Made by a program: the position numbers and the translations under genes | Origin: Oopsacas minuta | Lineage: Eukaryota > Animalia > Porifera | Direction of reading: 5' to 3' | Assembly: GCA_024704765.1 (NCBI GenBank) | Contig: JAKMXF010000343.1 | Span: forward strand, 973,095-1,037,094 | DNA: 64,000 nucleotides | Shown here: in pieces, positions 25,002 to 38,132 of the stretch | How the letters are laid out: every line of letters begins with the position of its first letter | How positions within the stretch are numbered: the stretch's first letter is position 1 | Notes under the pieces: generated by a model | The model's input: the letters and a program-made list of their open reading frames with translations, nothing else | Databases searched by the model: none | What the model was told of the DNA's origin: nothing

Positions 25002-27911
25002 CAGACTTGCCAACCCTCCAGGGATCCCTGGATTACCCCGGGATTTGACCTCTGATCCAGGGATTCGAAAGTTTGTATCGGCCGGGTAAATTGTGAATTT
25101 TCAGCTACGATGTTAATAACTATGAGTGTTACATAACAATCAATAAGTTATTCTTCAGAACTAGATTATATGGAACCTAAAAAAGATCCAGAGATTTCCC
25201 TGGATCATCCAGATATTTCCCTGAATCTTTAGTTAGAGAGTTACAAGCTCCTTCTCAGACGTATGGGTTCTTGTTGAGTTATATAATATCTCCGATATGT
25301 CTATGCATATAATCTATACGAATTATCTTCGAACAACTCCATAATGGTGACTTCCAAACTGGTTTATAAGTGAGAAGTAAAATGATCCAGGGATTTCCCT
25401 GGATGATTTGTCAGGGAGTTCCAAGCTCCTCCTCAGACGTACTGGTAATGGTACTGGTTCTTTTTGGATTTATAATATTTGCGATATGTTTTGTTTTCTG
25501 ATTTCAGTTTTTAATATGGGGCATGGTTTCATTCAGAAATTTGACTTGATTACAGTTTATTATTCTCCTGATAATCATTGAGCCTATATTTTATTCTATT
25601 TTAGCTTTTTTTCAATTTACTATATCTATATGACTGCAAAGAGACCAAAGATATTATGTAGATACAAGGAAGAGTGGGCCAGCGTTAGAATGAAACCAAG
25701 CAAGAAGGGCGTTGGTTTTCCGTTTTGTACGATTTGCCAAGTTGATATTTGTATTTCTGGTGGTGGGAAACATGAAGTAGATCGTCACCTAAAGACAGCT
25801 AAACATAAAAGTTTGCTAGGTCAAGTAGATGAACAACCTTCTATTTCTACTGCACTAGTGGCTGCGGCATCTTTGAACCCCTTGAACAAACAAGTTATGT
25901 CAGCAGAAATATATTTCTCCTTATTTATCGCAGAACATAATTTGCCCTTCCTCGTCGCAGACCACTTCACTCATTTGACTAAAGTTATGTTTCCTGATAG
26001 CCACATTGCTCAATTTTATTCATGTGCCCGAACAAAAACAACAGCCATTATCACTCACGCTTTGGCTCCATCTCTTAGAAATATGGTCAATGATAAATAC
26101 CGCTCTGAACCATTTTCAATCCTTTGTGATGGCGGCAACGATATGACAGATCATAAATATTTTACTGTCCTGGTGAGATATTGGTGCAATAGAAACAACC
26201 AAGCTATGACACGATTTCTGGCAATGCCAATTTGTAATTTTGCAACAGCTCAAAATCTATTTGATGCTCTAAGCACTGTTTTCGAAGAACGTAATCTTCC
26301 TTGGGAAAATGTGATCGGATTTGCGTCAGATACCGCAAACGTTATGGTTGGAGCGCGTAACTCAGTACTCAGTTGAATACGTGAAAAGCAACCACGCGTG
26401 TTCAGTCTCGGGTGCTTGTGCCACTTGGCTCACTTGTGTGGTGCTGCTGCACTACAGTCTCTCCCTATATCTGTGGATGTTTTACTTATTGATGTTTTTT
26501 ACCACTTCAAATATAGTGCTAAGAGATGGGAAGAATTTTCTGTGATCCAAGCTGAGTTTGAGGAAATCAAACCAGTGAGAGTTTTGAAGCACTGCACAAC
26601 CAGGTGGTTGAGCCTACTTAGGTGCCTCAAACGCTTGCTTGAACAGTGGCCAGCCTTGAGAGCATATTTTGACAGGCAGATGGATATAGAACCGAAAAAC
26701 AACGGTGTTAAAAGAGTCGCTGACTCTTTAAATAGTGTGAAGGTAAAATTAATTTGTACATTTGCACACTTCGCCCTTCAGCCACTCAACAAATTTACTA
26801 TAATATTTCAAACTCATGCTAGCCGCATCGGTGCCATAAAAGAAGATACACTATTACTTCTTCGTGGTTATTTAGCTGATTTTATACCACCTGAAATAAT
26901 TATCGCTACAACTGATATTCTAACCATTGACTATCGTAACAAAGTGAACCAGTTACCTAGAAATAGTCTAGTGGTTGGGAATGACACTTTAGATCTTATT
27001 TCAGAGTTTGAAGATGAAATACATGGCACCTTAATAGGTGACAGGTTCTACGATAGTGTTCGCTTGTTTTATGAGACTGTTGTCTCAAAAATGCTCGCTT
27101 AGTTCCCTCACAGGAACGATACATTAAGCGGTTTAGCGTTTCTTAACCCTACACATTGTTGTATCCAATCCATTACACGCCTCTGTAAACAATTCATGGC
27201 TACTACTTCTGAGGAAATTGACCAAATAATTCAAGAGTTTGTTGCTTATAAGATTACACCAGATAATCAGCTTCCATCATATAACCCAACAGATATAGCT
27301 GCTATTGACCATTTCTGGTCAGCAATGAGCAGGTTAGAAGTGGTTACTTCAGTAGATCTTTCTGATTCCCCTCTTGCTACTCTAACTTATCAAAACTTTC
27401 AAAGATACTTCTCACTCTACCGCATTCAAATGCTGATCCAGAACGTTTATTCAGCATGGTTAAAAAAATTGAAACTGATTCCCGTTCTTTATTGAGCCCA
27501 TCCACAACATGTGATCTGCTCAATATAAAGATGAATCACGATACAGCTTGTTACTTAAGTCAGGATCTTATTCCTGAAGAATTGATAGAGATTGCCAAGA
27601 AAGCTACCCAGAAAAGCCTCGAAAAGGGGAATTGAATAATTTAGATATCATTTATAACTATATTTTTATAGACTATTGTTACTTCTTGAAAAGTAAACTA
27701 CTTTCGAATTTTGTATGTAGCTTTTCACCCAATCGAGGGCCGAAAGCCACAGTGTAGACCCTGTTATTACTTATAGGTATTAATAAATATTAGAATTATT
27801 CTAAATGGGAGAATATAAAGTGTATTTTATATATTCAATTATTGGGCCCGTAAATCCAGGGATTTTAAGATTTCAATCCAGGGAATTATCAACGAAGGGT
27901 TGGTAAGTCTG
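25002..27911 (+). mobile_element. hAT transposon with a 6-bp TSD, 2910 bp
   Basis: TIR CAGACTTGCCAACC / GGTTGGTAAGTCTG. TATGCA at 24996-25001 and 27912-27917. CCAGGGAT subterminal repeats at both ends. Confidence 0.88.
25630..27637 (+). pseudogene. hAT transposase pseudogene (two in-frame stops plus a 3' frameshift)
   Basis: BED-like FCTICQ...RHLKTAKH, FSILCDGGND, GFASDTANVMVG, GCLCHLAHL (CxxH), TTRWLS. ORFs 25630, 26398 and 27196 share a frame. Confidence 0.9.
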
Positions 27912-27999
27912 TATGCATAATAGGTTAATGTGCTGGAATAATGATCAAACTTTGAAACTCTGTAAACGCTAGCTAAGTAAATAGTAAATTCATATCCAA

Positions 28000-28341
28000 T
28001 AAATCAAATATATAACAGGCTCATCCTAGCAGTCGTTAAAATAATACAGAAACACTAACAGGGGTTGCAAAAATTATAGCAATGATATAGGTGACTTTTG
28101 GGAATACACAAAACCAACACTAGTGTGAAGAAGTAGGTGGTATTAGCAGAAGTGTAATATTAACTAAATAGCAAGTTACAAAATCTAAATCACATATCTA
28201 CCTCACAACAATATACAGAATGATTATCTATATTCGTAGACCTATTGTTACTAATGTACTACTGTTCTAACTACTAGCCGCCCACTTCTTTGGTATTCTG
28301 TGATAAATTCAGTCACCACATGATATTTCACCTTCCCCTTC
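28000..28341 (-). repeat. Putative Gypsy polypurine tract and start of 3' LTR
   Basis: The minus strand reads GAAGGGGAAGG (28341-28331) followed directly by TG.... It continues the Gypsy 3' region at 38133 once the hAT insertion is removed. The distal LTR end is not defined and no 5' LTR was found. Confidence 0.5.
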
Positions 28342-28365
28342 AAATTTCCTTTCAATCCTTTCAAT

Positions 28366-30556
28366 CAGGGTTGACAGGTTTTGTCCATGTGGGAAAACCA
28401 TAGTTGTAAAAACCGGTAAAAACCGTCCTGTCCAAAACCTCCTGACTGGATAAAACTGGTCAACACCTAATTGTGATACTAGTGCATGTTACTTGTATAT
28501 TTTATATGCTGAATAAATACTTGTTGATAATAAGAATAATATAACAATACATTGATGTTTAATTAACCTATATTCGTTACCACTCTAATTCTTGGCATCC
28601 TCTCAATTCTCTATAACAAGCTACTAACTTGCTCGCTTTATCGATTCCCAATCTGTTCCGTAGTTCAGTTTGAATTAAATAAAAAATCGAGAAAATGAGC
28701 TACTAAGTTTTCGATTTTTTGATGGCCTTCCATCAAGTTACTGGATCTAAGGCATCTGTACATTCAAATATAGATGCGGGAAATAGTGCTTCTTTTGCCT
28801 GAAACTGATAAAGTTGCGGCAAAAGAGAAGCATTTAGTTGAATAAGCAAACCTCTCGCTTCTTCCTGTTGTTCACATGAAACCCTCTGCGCCATGTACTT
28901 CGGATTGATCATGTTGGCTAGGAAGTGAGTAGGTGTGGTTGCTTGTTTGAATCATTTCTGAATTTGCTTACGTGACTTTTCAGCTCGTCTAACTGGATTA
29001 ATTTCATTCACTCTTCGCAAGAATCTGCAAGGTTAGACTTTTCCCCTTGTAACTTGTCCAATGATGTTGCAATCGGTTTGAGTTGGTCATAAAGATTTTT
29101 AGCCTCACGATAAAGGCCAACGTTGTTGATTAGATTTGCAATAGACAAGTCGATAACATCTTCATGTTGTGCCAGAATGTTCAAAAGGAAAGGCCTATTT
29201 GTCAGGTATGTCTTGATGCACTCCAATTGACTATTCCACCATGTCACGACTGGTAATTAAGGTTAAAGGGATCTCTTTTGTGCAGATAGGAGGGCTCCAG
29301 GATTGTGATGGTTGCGAAAATATTTATTTATCTCTATAATATGAGAAATAATTTGCGAAGGGGTGATATCCTTCCCCAACAGGTTCAATAAATGCGATGC
29401 ACAGTCGTATACTGAAAGTGAGCTATCAAGCAATTTCAACTTTGAGCGCATTGACTGCGTTTTTTGTTCATTGTCAGCAACGACAGCAACAACTTTACAC
29501 CCAAATTTATCAGTTGCTTCTTTGGACGCTTCAATAGCTAAAGAAGTACAATAAGTAGCAGTTTTCTTGTATGATCCAGTGTCAACAGAATTCAGAAAAT
29601 AAAATCTTTCTCTTGAATGTACACAATGGGCAATTACAGGGGAGTTGTGTATGTCACTCCATCCATCCTGTACTAGAGTAACATCCTTGCCTTCCAGAGC
29701 TGAAGCAGTTATGGTGGTTACTTCATTAAATGTCTTGTCAAGAAGACCTCCAGCTAGACTTTTCCTTGTAGGTGTATAACCAGGTCTAAGCATAGAAATT
29801 GTCTTTTTGAATACGTCATTCTCAGCGAGGTTAAACTGAAGACTACAAGCATAAAATATTTGATTGTCGAGAATTTCTTTCGGTAAGAGTTGGTCTTTAT
29901 TGCGAAATCATTCAACTTGGGTTGAATGATCATATGACATACACGTTTTTCTGGTGGTATTTTTGTGTCACTACTGTTAAAAGGCACTGATATTTCAGGA
30001 AGGTCGTCTTTAGGAAAATTATCTTGGAGTTGGCTTTGAGAGCATTTTTCAAGATGAGTTCTAAGCCTCCCAGCCTTTGCACTGATCATAGCACTACATT
30101 TTATACACTTCGCTCGTATTCTTCCACCATCTTCAACTTTGATGAAAAATTTCCATACTGAATCAATGGGCCTTCCTCTTTGTGCCATTTCAAACTGGTC
30201 AATTTAAGTAAGTAAGATATACAATCTGCACGATAGTAGTCAATTTCTATAATATCACAAATGCTTTGGATAATTATACCCGTTTAGAAAGTATATATGC
30301 ACGAATACTTTATTAGTATATTAATTGGTTGAAACCACACATTTTATGATCACTTTACTGTTTCATTGTAAGCCAGTGTCAATAATATATTCCCAAAGCA
30401 AAATAAGATATGAACAAGTAATATAGGCATTCTTATTATTAAAGGGTATAGAATTGACCAGTATTGCCCGATTTTGACCAGTTTTGGCCGGTAAAAACCG
30501 GGTTTTTCCCACTGTCCGTCCAAAACCAGTTTCGGACAGGGCAAAACCGAACCCTG
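28366..30556 (-). mobile_element. hAT (BED plus DUF659-type) element, chimeric: 3' end of copy E2 joined to the 5' half of copy E1
   Basis: Termini CAGGGTTG... (28366) and ...GAACCCTG (30556). BED finger VWKFF..RAKCIKC...RTHLEKC, VTLVQDGWSD, CASHLLNL, TWWNS. Its own flanks do not form a TSD. Confidence 0.88.
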
Positions 30557-31718
30557 ATTTGAAGTACTGGTACATGCCAGTTCCGAGTGCTTGTAATGTG
30601 TTAAAATCTTTGCCTTGAAGGTAGATTTTAAGCTTCGGGAATGGCCAAAAATCACACGGAACTAGGTCTGGCGAGTACGGTGGATGGGGAAGTAATTCTA
30701 ACCCTTCTACATCCAAGAGATTTTTGCTAAGCTTAGCTGTATGGGAACTGGGGTATCAATTAAAATCTTCATTCCTCGAGTTCCAGTTTTCGGGCGGTAC
30801 TTTTCTATATTTTTATCAAATTTGGAAGCACTTGCTCTGTAAAGAAAGTAGCAGTAACAGCCTTGCCATTCTCACAAGGTAATTGCAAGACAATTCCATG
30901 ACTACTGAAGAAGATGGTATACATAATCTTAGGTTTTCTGAAGTCTGGCCTAGGAATTTTCGCCGGTTGTTCGTTGCCCCTCACCCATGATCGCTTCTTA
31001 TACTTGCTATATGGTGTTGACTAGCACACCCACGTCTCATCACCAGTAATAATCTCTGTTAGGCGTCTAGAATCGTAGTTCTCATAAGTTTCCAAGAGTT
31101 TCTTGGCAATATTCAGTCGTACCAACCTTTGATTCTCACTGAGATTATGCTGGACCCATTTCCGACAAATCGATCAGTAGCCAAGCTCAGTCGTCAGAAT
31201 TGTATGAATAGCTCCCGATGAAATCTTCATACTTTGTTCTAACTGATTGACTGTAATGCACTTGTCTTCCATGACCATACTTTCAATGAGTGCGATATTC
31301 TCTGAAGTGGTGGCGGATACCGGTCTTCCAGATCGAGGCAAATCTGTGACATCAGCATCACCAGATCTAAAAAGGGCAGCCCATCGCTCTACCTTAGATC
31401 TGGAAGGGCAATCCACGCACAATATCCCCTGTAACTCGCTGAAGATCTGTACGGGCTGGATCTTGAGTATTATGCGAAACTCTTTGTGAGCTCGCCATTT
31501 GAGGTTGAAATTATCATCCTTTGAAGCCATAAATTCAACAGTGGGTCTAAATTGACTACACATAACTATCTCAAAATTCATAATTTGTTTTCAATACGCT
31601 TGAAACTTTCAGTATATGGAGTTTAACTATATGGGCTTATAATATATGAAAGTTAGATATATTACTTGACTAATTCCTAAGATATATCATGACCCGCAAG
31701 ACTTATTGAACGCCCTGA
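30557..31718 (-). mobile_element. 5' part of mariner element M (inverted)
   Basis: TIR CCCGCAAGACTTATTGAACGCCCTG(A)|TA ending 31718. HTH/PRSGRP ORF 31174-31581. HPPYSPDLVPCDFW ORF cut at ...QYFKS by the hAT terminus. Confidence 0.88.
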
Positions 31719-31720
31719 TA

Positions 31721-31833
31721 TAAGCGATAATTCAGTATGTACCTAGTTAAGTACATACTTAAGTACATACTTCACTCTTAGTGAATACGACTTAAGTACG
31801 TACTTAGCTAAGTATGCTTAGTGAATACGGCGG
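31721..31833 (-). mobile_element. Displaced, inverted left end of the PIF/Harbinger element
   Basis: TAAGTA(C/T) subterminal repeats and ...GCTTAGTGAATACGGC, the same sequence and orientation as the Harbinger right end at 37470-37488. Confidence 0.8.
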
Positions 31834-33351
31834 CAACTCTCACCAGAAAGAAATTCTCGACAATCAAATATTTTATGCTTGTAGTCTTCAGTTTAACCTC
31901 GCTGAGAATGACGTATTCAAAAAGACAATTTCTATGCTTAGACCTGGTTATACACCTACAAGGAAAAGTCTAGCTGGAGGTCTTCTTGACAAGACATTTA
32001 ATGAAGTAACCACCATAACTGCTTCAGCTCTGGAAGGCAAGGATGTTACTCTAGTACAGGATGGATGGAGTGACATACACAACTCCCCTGTAATTGCCCA
32101 TTGTGTACATTCAAGAGAAAGATTTTATTTTCTGAATTCTGTTGACACTGGATCATACAAGAAAACTGCTACTTATTGTACTTCTTTAGCTATTGAAGCG
32201 TCCAAAGAAGCAACTGATAAATTTGGGTGTAAAGTTGTTGCTGTCGTTGCTGACAATGAACAAAAAACGCAGTCAATGCGCTCAAAGTTGAAATTGCTTG
32301 ATAGCTCACTTTCAGTATACGACTGTGCATCGCATTTATTGAACCTGTTGGGGAAGGATATCACCCCTTCGCAAATTATTTCTCATATTATAGAGATAAA
32401 TAAATATTTTCGCAACCATCACAATCCTGGAGCCCTCCTATCTGCACAAAAGAGATCCCTTTAACCTTAATTACCAGTCGTGACATGGTGGAATAGTCAA
32501 TTGGAGTGCATCAAGACATACCTGACAAATAGGCCTTTCCTTTTGAACATTCTGGCACAACATGAAGATGTTATCGACTTGTCTATTGCAAATCTAATCA
32601 ACAACGTTGGCCTTTATCGTGAGGCTAAAAATCTTTATGACCAACTCAAACCGATTGCAACATCATTGGACAAGTTACAAGGGGAAAAGTCTAACCTTGC
32701 AGATTCTTGCGAAGAGTGAATGAAATTAATCCAGTTAGACGAGCTGAAAAGTCACGTAAGCAAATTCAGAAATGATTCAAACAAGCAACCACACCTACTC
32801 ACTTCCTAGCCAACATGATCAATCCGAAGTACATGGCGCAGAGGGTTTCATGTGAACAACAGGAAGAAGCGAGAGGTTTGCTTATTCAACTAAATGCTTC
32901 TCTTTTGCCGCAACTTTATCAGTTTCAGGCAAAAGAAGCACTATTTCCCGCATCTATATTTGAATGTACAGATGCCTTAGATCCAGTAACTTGATGGAAG
33001 GCCATCAAAAAATCGAAAACTTAGTAGCTCATTTTCTCGATTTTTTATTTAATTCAAACTGAACTACGGAACAGATTGGGAATCGATAAAGCGAGCAAGT
33101 TAGTAGCTTGTTATAGAGAATTGAGAGGATGCCAAGAATTAGAGTGGTAACGAATATAGGTTAATTAAACATCAATGTATTGTTATATTATTCTTATTAT
33201 CAACAAGTATTTATTCAGCATATAAAATATACAAGTAACATGCACTAGTATCACAATTAGGTGTTGACCAGTTTTATCCAGTCAGGAGGTTTTGGACAAG
33301 ACGGTTTTACCACTATGGTTTTTACCACATGGACCAACCCTGCCAACCCTG
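31834..33351 (+). mobile_element. 3' half of the hAT DUF659-type element; inverted duplicate of 28366-29890
   Basis: ORF translations are identical to those of 29008-29793. Ends ...GCCAACCCTG at 33351. Confidence 0.92.
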
Positions 33352-34875
33352 CTTCAATTCCATCCCTGAAGAAGAGTACAGAAATGTGTTCTACAAGTGG
33401 TGGAAAGGTTAAACTTTGTGTATTTGCAGGAGGGGATTACCTTGAATAAATAATCTACAGCGTGTAACAAAAGTGTTGTCTCCTTTCTTTTTTGTCATTG
33501 ATTGAGTACATAAAACTGAACCTTGACTATTGCATCTGACTTACTCTTTCTAGCTATTACCATAATAGTTTTTGACTATTTCTATCGCAGTTTGATTAAT
33601 ATTCCTTTTTATCTCTTTTTTTTTAACTTGGATTTCGTAAAATCATTTTCTCTGTTCGAAATGGATGTCCGCGACCACGGATTAGAGGTTCGTTCTCAAG
33701 CAGTAGGTATGTTAAGGAGTGGTCTTTCACAGCAAAGCGTAGCTCTCGAACTAGACGTTTCAGTGAGATCTGTCAAGAGGTGGTGGAGTGCGTATAAAAA
33801 AGGAATGAGCCTGGAAACCAAGACCCGTTCTGGCAGACCGCCGATTTTGAATCGGGTCAATAAAATCATTATCTCCAAAACTTTGACTAAAAGAATGCAA
33901 TCAACTCGCAAGATCGCAAAGAGATTGAATTCAAGTAACGGCCCTGTCTCTCACATGACAATTTATCGCTATTTGACCAATTCAATTTGTGCATCAGCGT
34001 TCAAGAGGCAAAAGACCCCCTGTTTAGCGGCAAAAAACATCCAGAACAGACTGAATTTTGCCAAGAAACATCAAAATTGGAGCGTGGATGTTTGGAAGAA
34101 AGTTCTTTGGTCTGATGAGTCTCTCTTTGAACTGTATGCAACACCCAATCGGCATAATGATCGTGTTTGGGCTAAAACAACCAAAGATGTTCCTCGCATT
34201 TTGTCGGTGAAATTTCCTCAAAAATTCATGTCTGGGGACTTATGTCGCATCAAGCACTATCTGAGCTCCATATAATTCCACAAGGACAGATTGTAAACTC
34301 GCTATATTACAGGGATGAAATATAAGCCAAGACTTGTAGAAATGCCATCAACCGTACAGAAAATATGGGACTTATTTCAGAGCGGCCAATGTTGGGAAAC
34401 ATGTCTGATTTCATCTTTATGCAAGATGGTGCACCTGCCCACACGGCCAAAATGACTCAGAAGTGGTGCCGAGATAGTCTAAACGGGTTTGGGAGAAAGG
34501 TGACTGGCCAGGGAATTCACCGGACCTGAACCCAATTGAAAACCTTTGGGCAATATTGAAAGAGAGAGTTAATGAGAAGGGTCAGATGACAAATCGAAAT
34601 CAGTTAATTGAAACCGTAAAATTAGCATGGCAAGCCATTACTCTCGATATTTTGGAAAATTTAATAGCCAGCATGCCAAACAGAGTTAAAGTTGTTTTGG
34701 AAATGGGAGGTGATTATATAAACAAATGAAAGTTGATATCGTGTAGTTACTTCTCATAGATGCTTCTGGCAATCTAAGGGGACAACACTTTTGTTACCCC
34801 CTGTAGTGAATTAGTGTGTATAATGATTGTATCATAATCTATGATAGCACCCGCAAGACTTATTGAACGCCCTGG
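33352..34875 (+). mobile_element. 3' part of mariner M (C-terminal codons plus 3' TIR), interrupted by a DD37E element
   Basis: 33352 onward encodes FNSIPEEEYRNVFYKW...KLCVFAGGDYLE*. TIR CCCGCAAGACTTATTGAACGCCCTGG|TA ends at 34875. Confidence 0.85.
33458..34803 (+). mobile_element. Tc1-like DD37E transposon, full length, frameshifted
   Basis: TIR CAG(C/G)G(T/G)GTAACAAAAGTGTTGTC with TA on both sides. ATG at 33661. LWSDES, MQDGAPAH, WPGNSPDLNPIE; 37 residues from D to E after restoring a 1-bp deletion. Confidence 0.92.
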
Positions 34876-35234
34876 TATTCATGAATTTGTGATTTTCTGA
34901 TAGATTGCTTTACAGAATTATTTTCAATCATTCAGGAATATATTTTCAAAACTTTTCATGTTTTATGGATGATCTCATGATAATATTGTGGTGTACGTTC
35001 ATGAAATATTCCACAAATAATGTTGCAAGGAATGCCTCGAACGCTTATGATATAACATATGTGTTACAAAGGAATGCATTTCTTTGTACGTAATGTTAAA
35101 TAATATCGTTCAGAATTATACATTCCAAGTTACACTAATGACTGTTTTGTTAAATAAATATTCAAGTAATTTAATATAAACTAATGGTACAGTTGACTCC
35201 ATTATTTCTCGCATAAGAAGAATCCTCTTCCTCA

Positions 35235-36220
35235 ATGGCACGTCAACGAGTTTTCAGGGATCTCAATGATCCCCTAGATTGTTATGATGATTTTGAACTT
35301 GTTCGACATTTCCGCTTCTCCAGAGTTTCAATATCTAAAATTACAGAGTTGATAGCTAACTATTTGAATTTCACCGAGTGTTCTTATGCTGCTTCCCCTC
35401 ACTTGCAAATTTGTGTGGCACTTCGATTTTTCGCATCTGGAACGTTTCAGATAATACTGGAGATGGGATAAACGTACGCCAAGCTTCTGCCTCTCGTTAT
35501 ATCCGAGAGGTTTCTCTGGGTTTGCAAGCTATATACCATCAGTTTGTAGTTTGTCTGCTGGTCTCAAGAGGGTAGAAGTCAAAAACAAGTTTTATGAGAT
35601 TGCTCACTTTCCAGGCGTAGTAGGATTAGTTTACAGAACACAAACGAATCAAATGACCCTTGGAAAATGAAGCAGATTGTATAAATCGGCATTTTTGCCA
35701 CTTAATTAACGTCCAAACTATTTGTTAACCAAATGGAATGTTTAGTGATGTATTAGCACGTTTTCTTGGGTCTGTTCACGATTCACGGATTTGGAAGATT
35801 TCAGGAGTTGGGATGCATGTTGAAAATACCTTTTCAATAAGGGAGCATATATTAGGAGATAGTGGTTGCATGATGAGGCCATATTTACTCACTCCTTATC
35901 GCCAACCAATATCCACTCCCCAATTTAACTACAACTATGCACATAAGAAGACAAGGGTTATTGTTGAACAGATATTTGGGCGATGGAAACGAAGATTCCA
36001 CTGTCTTCATGGAGAATTCAGGATGAGTCCAGATAAAATAGTTCCATCATAGTTGCTTGTCCAATATTGCATAACATAGCAATACAGTGGAAACAACCTC
36101 TCTTAGAGGGTGAAGTCTCCGATGATTCCTATCCAGATGATGTTCTTGACTTTGAAGAAACTGTTGGGCATTGGCACCAAAGCATTACAGGGATCAATTT
36201 TCTATTCATAATTTCAGCAA
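35235..36220 (+). pseudogene. Harbinger (HARBI1-like) transposase pseudogene
   Basis: ICVALRFFASGTFQ, FPGVVG, GSVHDSRIW, ILGDSG, LLTPY, TRVIVEQIFGRWKRRF. Frameshifted. Confidence 0.9.
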
Positions 36221-36449
36221 CTAAATTCACATAGTAGTATATATGTTGTGATGTAGATATGTAAACATTTTGCACAGTTAGTGATTATAAGGCAACATGG
36301 AAATTGTAGTTTTGAAACATCTAAGTAGGATATTGGTCTTTGAAGTTGGGATATTTACTTGTGAGATGCATCAAGTATCGCACTTGAATTGGGAGCTAGT
36401 TGTTGCATTGTGAAAACTATAAATTGGTGGAGGTTATTGATATTCTAAA

Positions 36450-37177
36450 GCAAGAGTATAGACAAAGGTCGCAAAGTAGATTTGACAAATGAGGAGGAGT
36501 ATACACCCATTGAGGCAATCTAAGATACCGGAGATATATTGAGAGGTACTGTTCGTCAGTGCGCGGAGATAAAAAAAGATGAGGCTTTGGAACAACGCTA
36601 TGAGGAAATCAATTCCATCCATGGTAACAACCGAGATGTGAAAGATGTCAGGAAGAAGTGGAACAATCTAAAAGGTTTCGCAAAAGCTTGTGTTGATTCC
36701 AATTGAAGGGAAGCGAGGAGGACAGGAGGAGGGGCCAAATGAAGCTGGTGAAGTGGAGGATGAAGACATCCGGATCCTTAGTTCCGATAGGGAATTATCG
36801 ACATCTGTGACGGAGAGAGTATCACAGATGTTCTCAAGTACGCCAGCGTTCACTGGAATATGTGGCAGTGTTGATATGTTTGAAGCCCCAACAGCATTGC
36901 CTTCACACACCGAGATTAGCGAAAGCATGAAGTAACGCCAGTGTTTGAGGGGCCAGAAGTTATTGTAGTTAACAGTCGTCCAGAGGGAAGGCGTAGGCGT
37001 AAGAGGAGCATCGAACAGTCAACAAAGGTCTCTGATTTACTTCCTCTGCAACGAGAAGTGCTCCTTAAACAGATGGAAGTATTCTCGGGTCAACTACAGC
37101 TGATTGAAGAGCAGAGGGAGTATTCCCGTTATAAAAAGCAGAGACTTTTAGAAAAAGATCAACAGCAGCAGCTTTAG
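36450..37177 (+). pseudogene. Harbinger-associated Myb/SANT-like DNA-binding protein pseudogene
   Basis: Segments TNEEE... and RDVKDVRKKWNNLK (trihelix Myb/SANT-like), then an acidic linker and a C-terminal coiled coil (LQREVLLKQMEV). Confidence 0.7.
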
Positions 37178-37488
37178 ATATATGATTTAGTCATATTGTT
37201 GCATCATAGAAAACCTAATTTTATAGTGAATGTATGAATTAATCAAAGAAAACGAGTGAACGAAGTGATTACATCAATGTTATCGATAAATATAATATGT
37301 TTGGAAACTTACAATAGAGCTTGAATAACTTAAGCAGTATCGGTAGGTTACTTAACTTTGTACTTAAGTACATACTTAAGTATGAGCTTAAATCTTAGTG
37401 AATATCAATCTTAATGAATACGGTTTAAGTATGCATTTAGTATTTAAGTACAAAGTACATATTTAAGTATGCTTAGTGAATACGGCCC

Positions 37489-38132
37489 CTGGTCTTTATT
37501 GTGAAATCATTCAACTTGGATTAAATGATCTTATGACATATACGTTTTTCTGGTGGTATAGCTGAGTCACTACAGTTAAAAGGTACTAATATTTCAGGAA
37601 GGTAGCCTTTAATAAGTTTATATTGGAGTTCGCTTTGTGAGTATTTTTCAAGGTGAGTTCTAAGCCTCCCAGCCTTTGCGCTAATCATAGCACCACATTT
37701 TATACACTTCGCTCGTATTATTCCACCATCTTCAACTTTGATGAAAAATTTCCATACTGAATCAATGGGCCTTCCTCTTTGTGCCATTTCAAACTGGTCA
37801 ATTTAAGTAAGTAAGATATACAATCTGCACGATAGTAGTCAATTTCTATAATATCACGAATTCTTTCGAAAATTATACCCGTTTAGAAAGTATATATGTA
37901 CGAATACTTTATTAGTATATTAATTGGTTGAAACCACACATTTTATGATCACTTTACTGTTTCATTGTAAGTCAGTGTTAATAGTATATTACTAAATCAA
38001 ATATGATATCAACAAGTTATATATGTATTCTTATTATTGAAGGGTATAGAATTGACCAGTATTGCCCAGTTTTGAGCAGTTTTGGCCGGTAAAAACCAGG
38101 TTTTCCCACTGTCCGTCCAAAACCCAACCCTG
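37489..38132 (-). mobile_element. 5' half of hAT copy E2 (BED finger plus 5' TIR)
   Basis: ORF 37521-37787 MAQRGRPIDSVWKFF is paralogous to 29754-30188. Terminus ...CCCAACCCTG at 38132, followed by CTTCCAAT. Confidence 0.88.

Larger units (their letters stand above)
34878..37488 (+). mobile_element. PIF/Harbinger transposon body with right TIR
   Basis: Two-gene layout (transposase plus Myb/SANT). TAAGTA repeats at 37310-37470. Ends ...TTAGTGAATACGGCCC|CTG. Confidence 0.88.
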
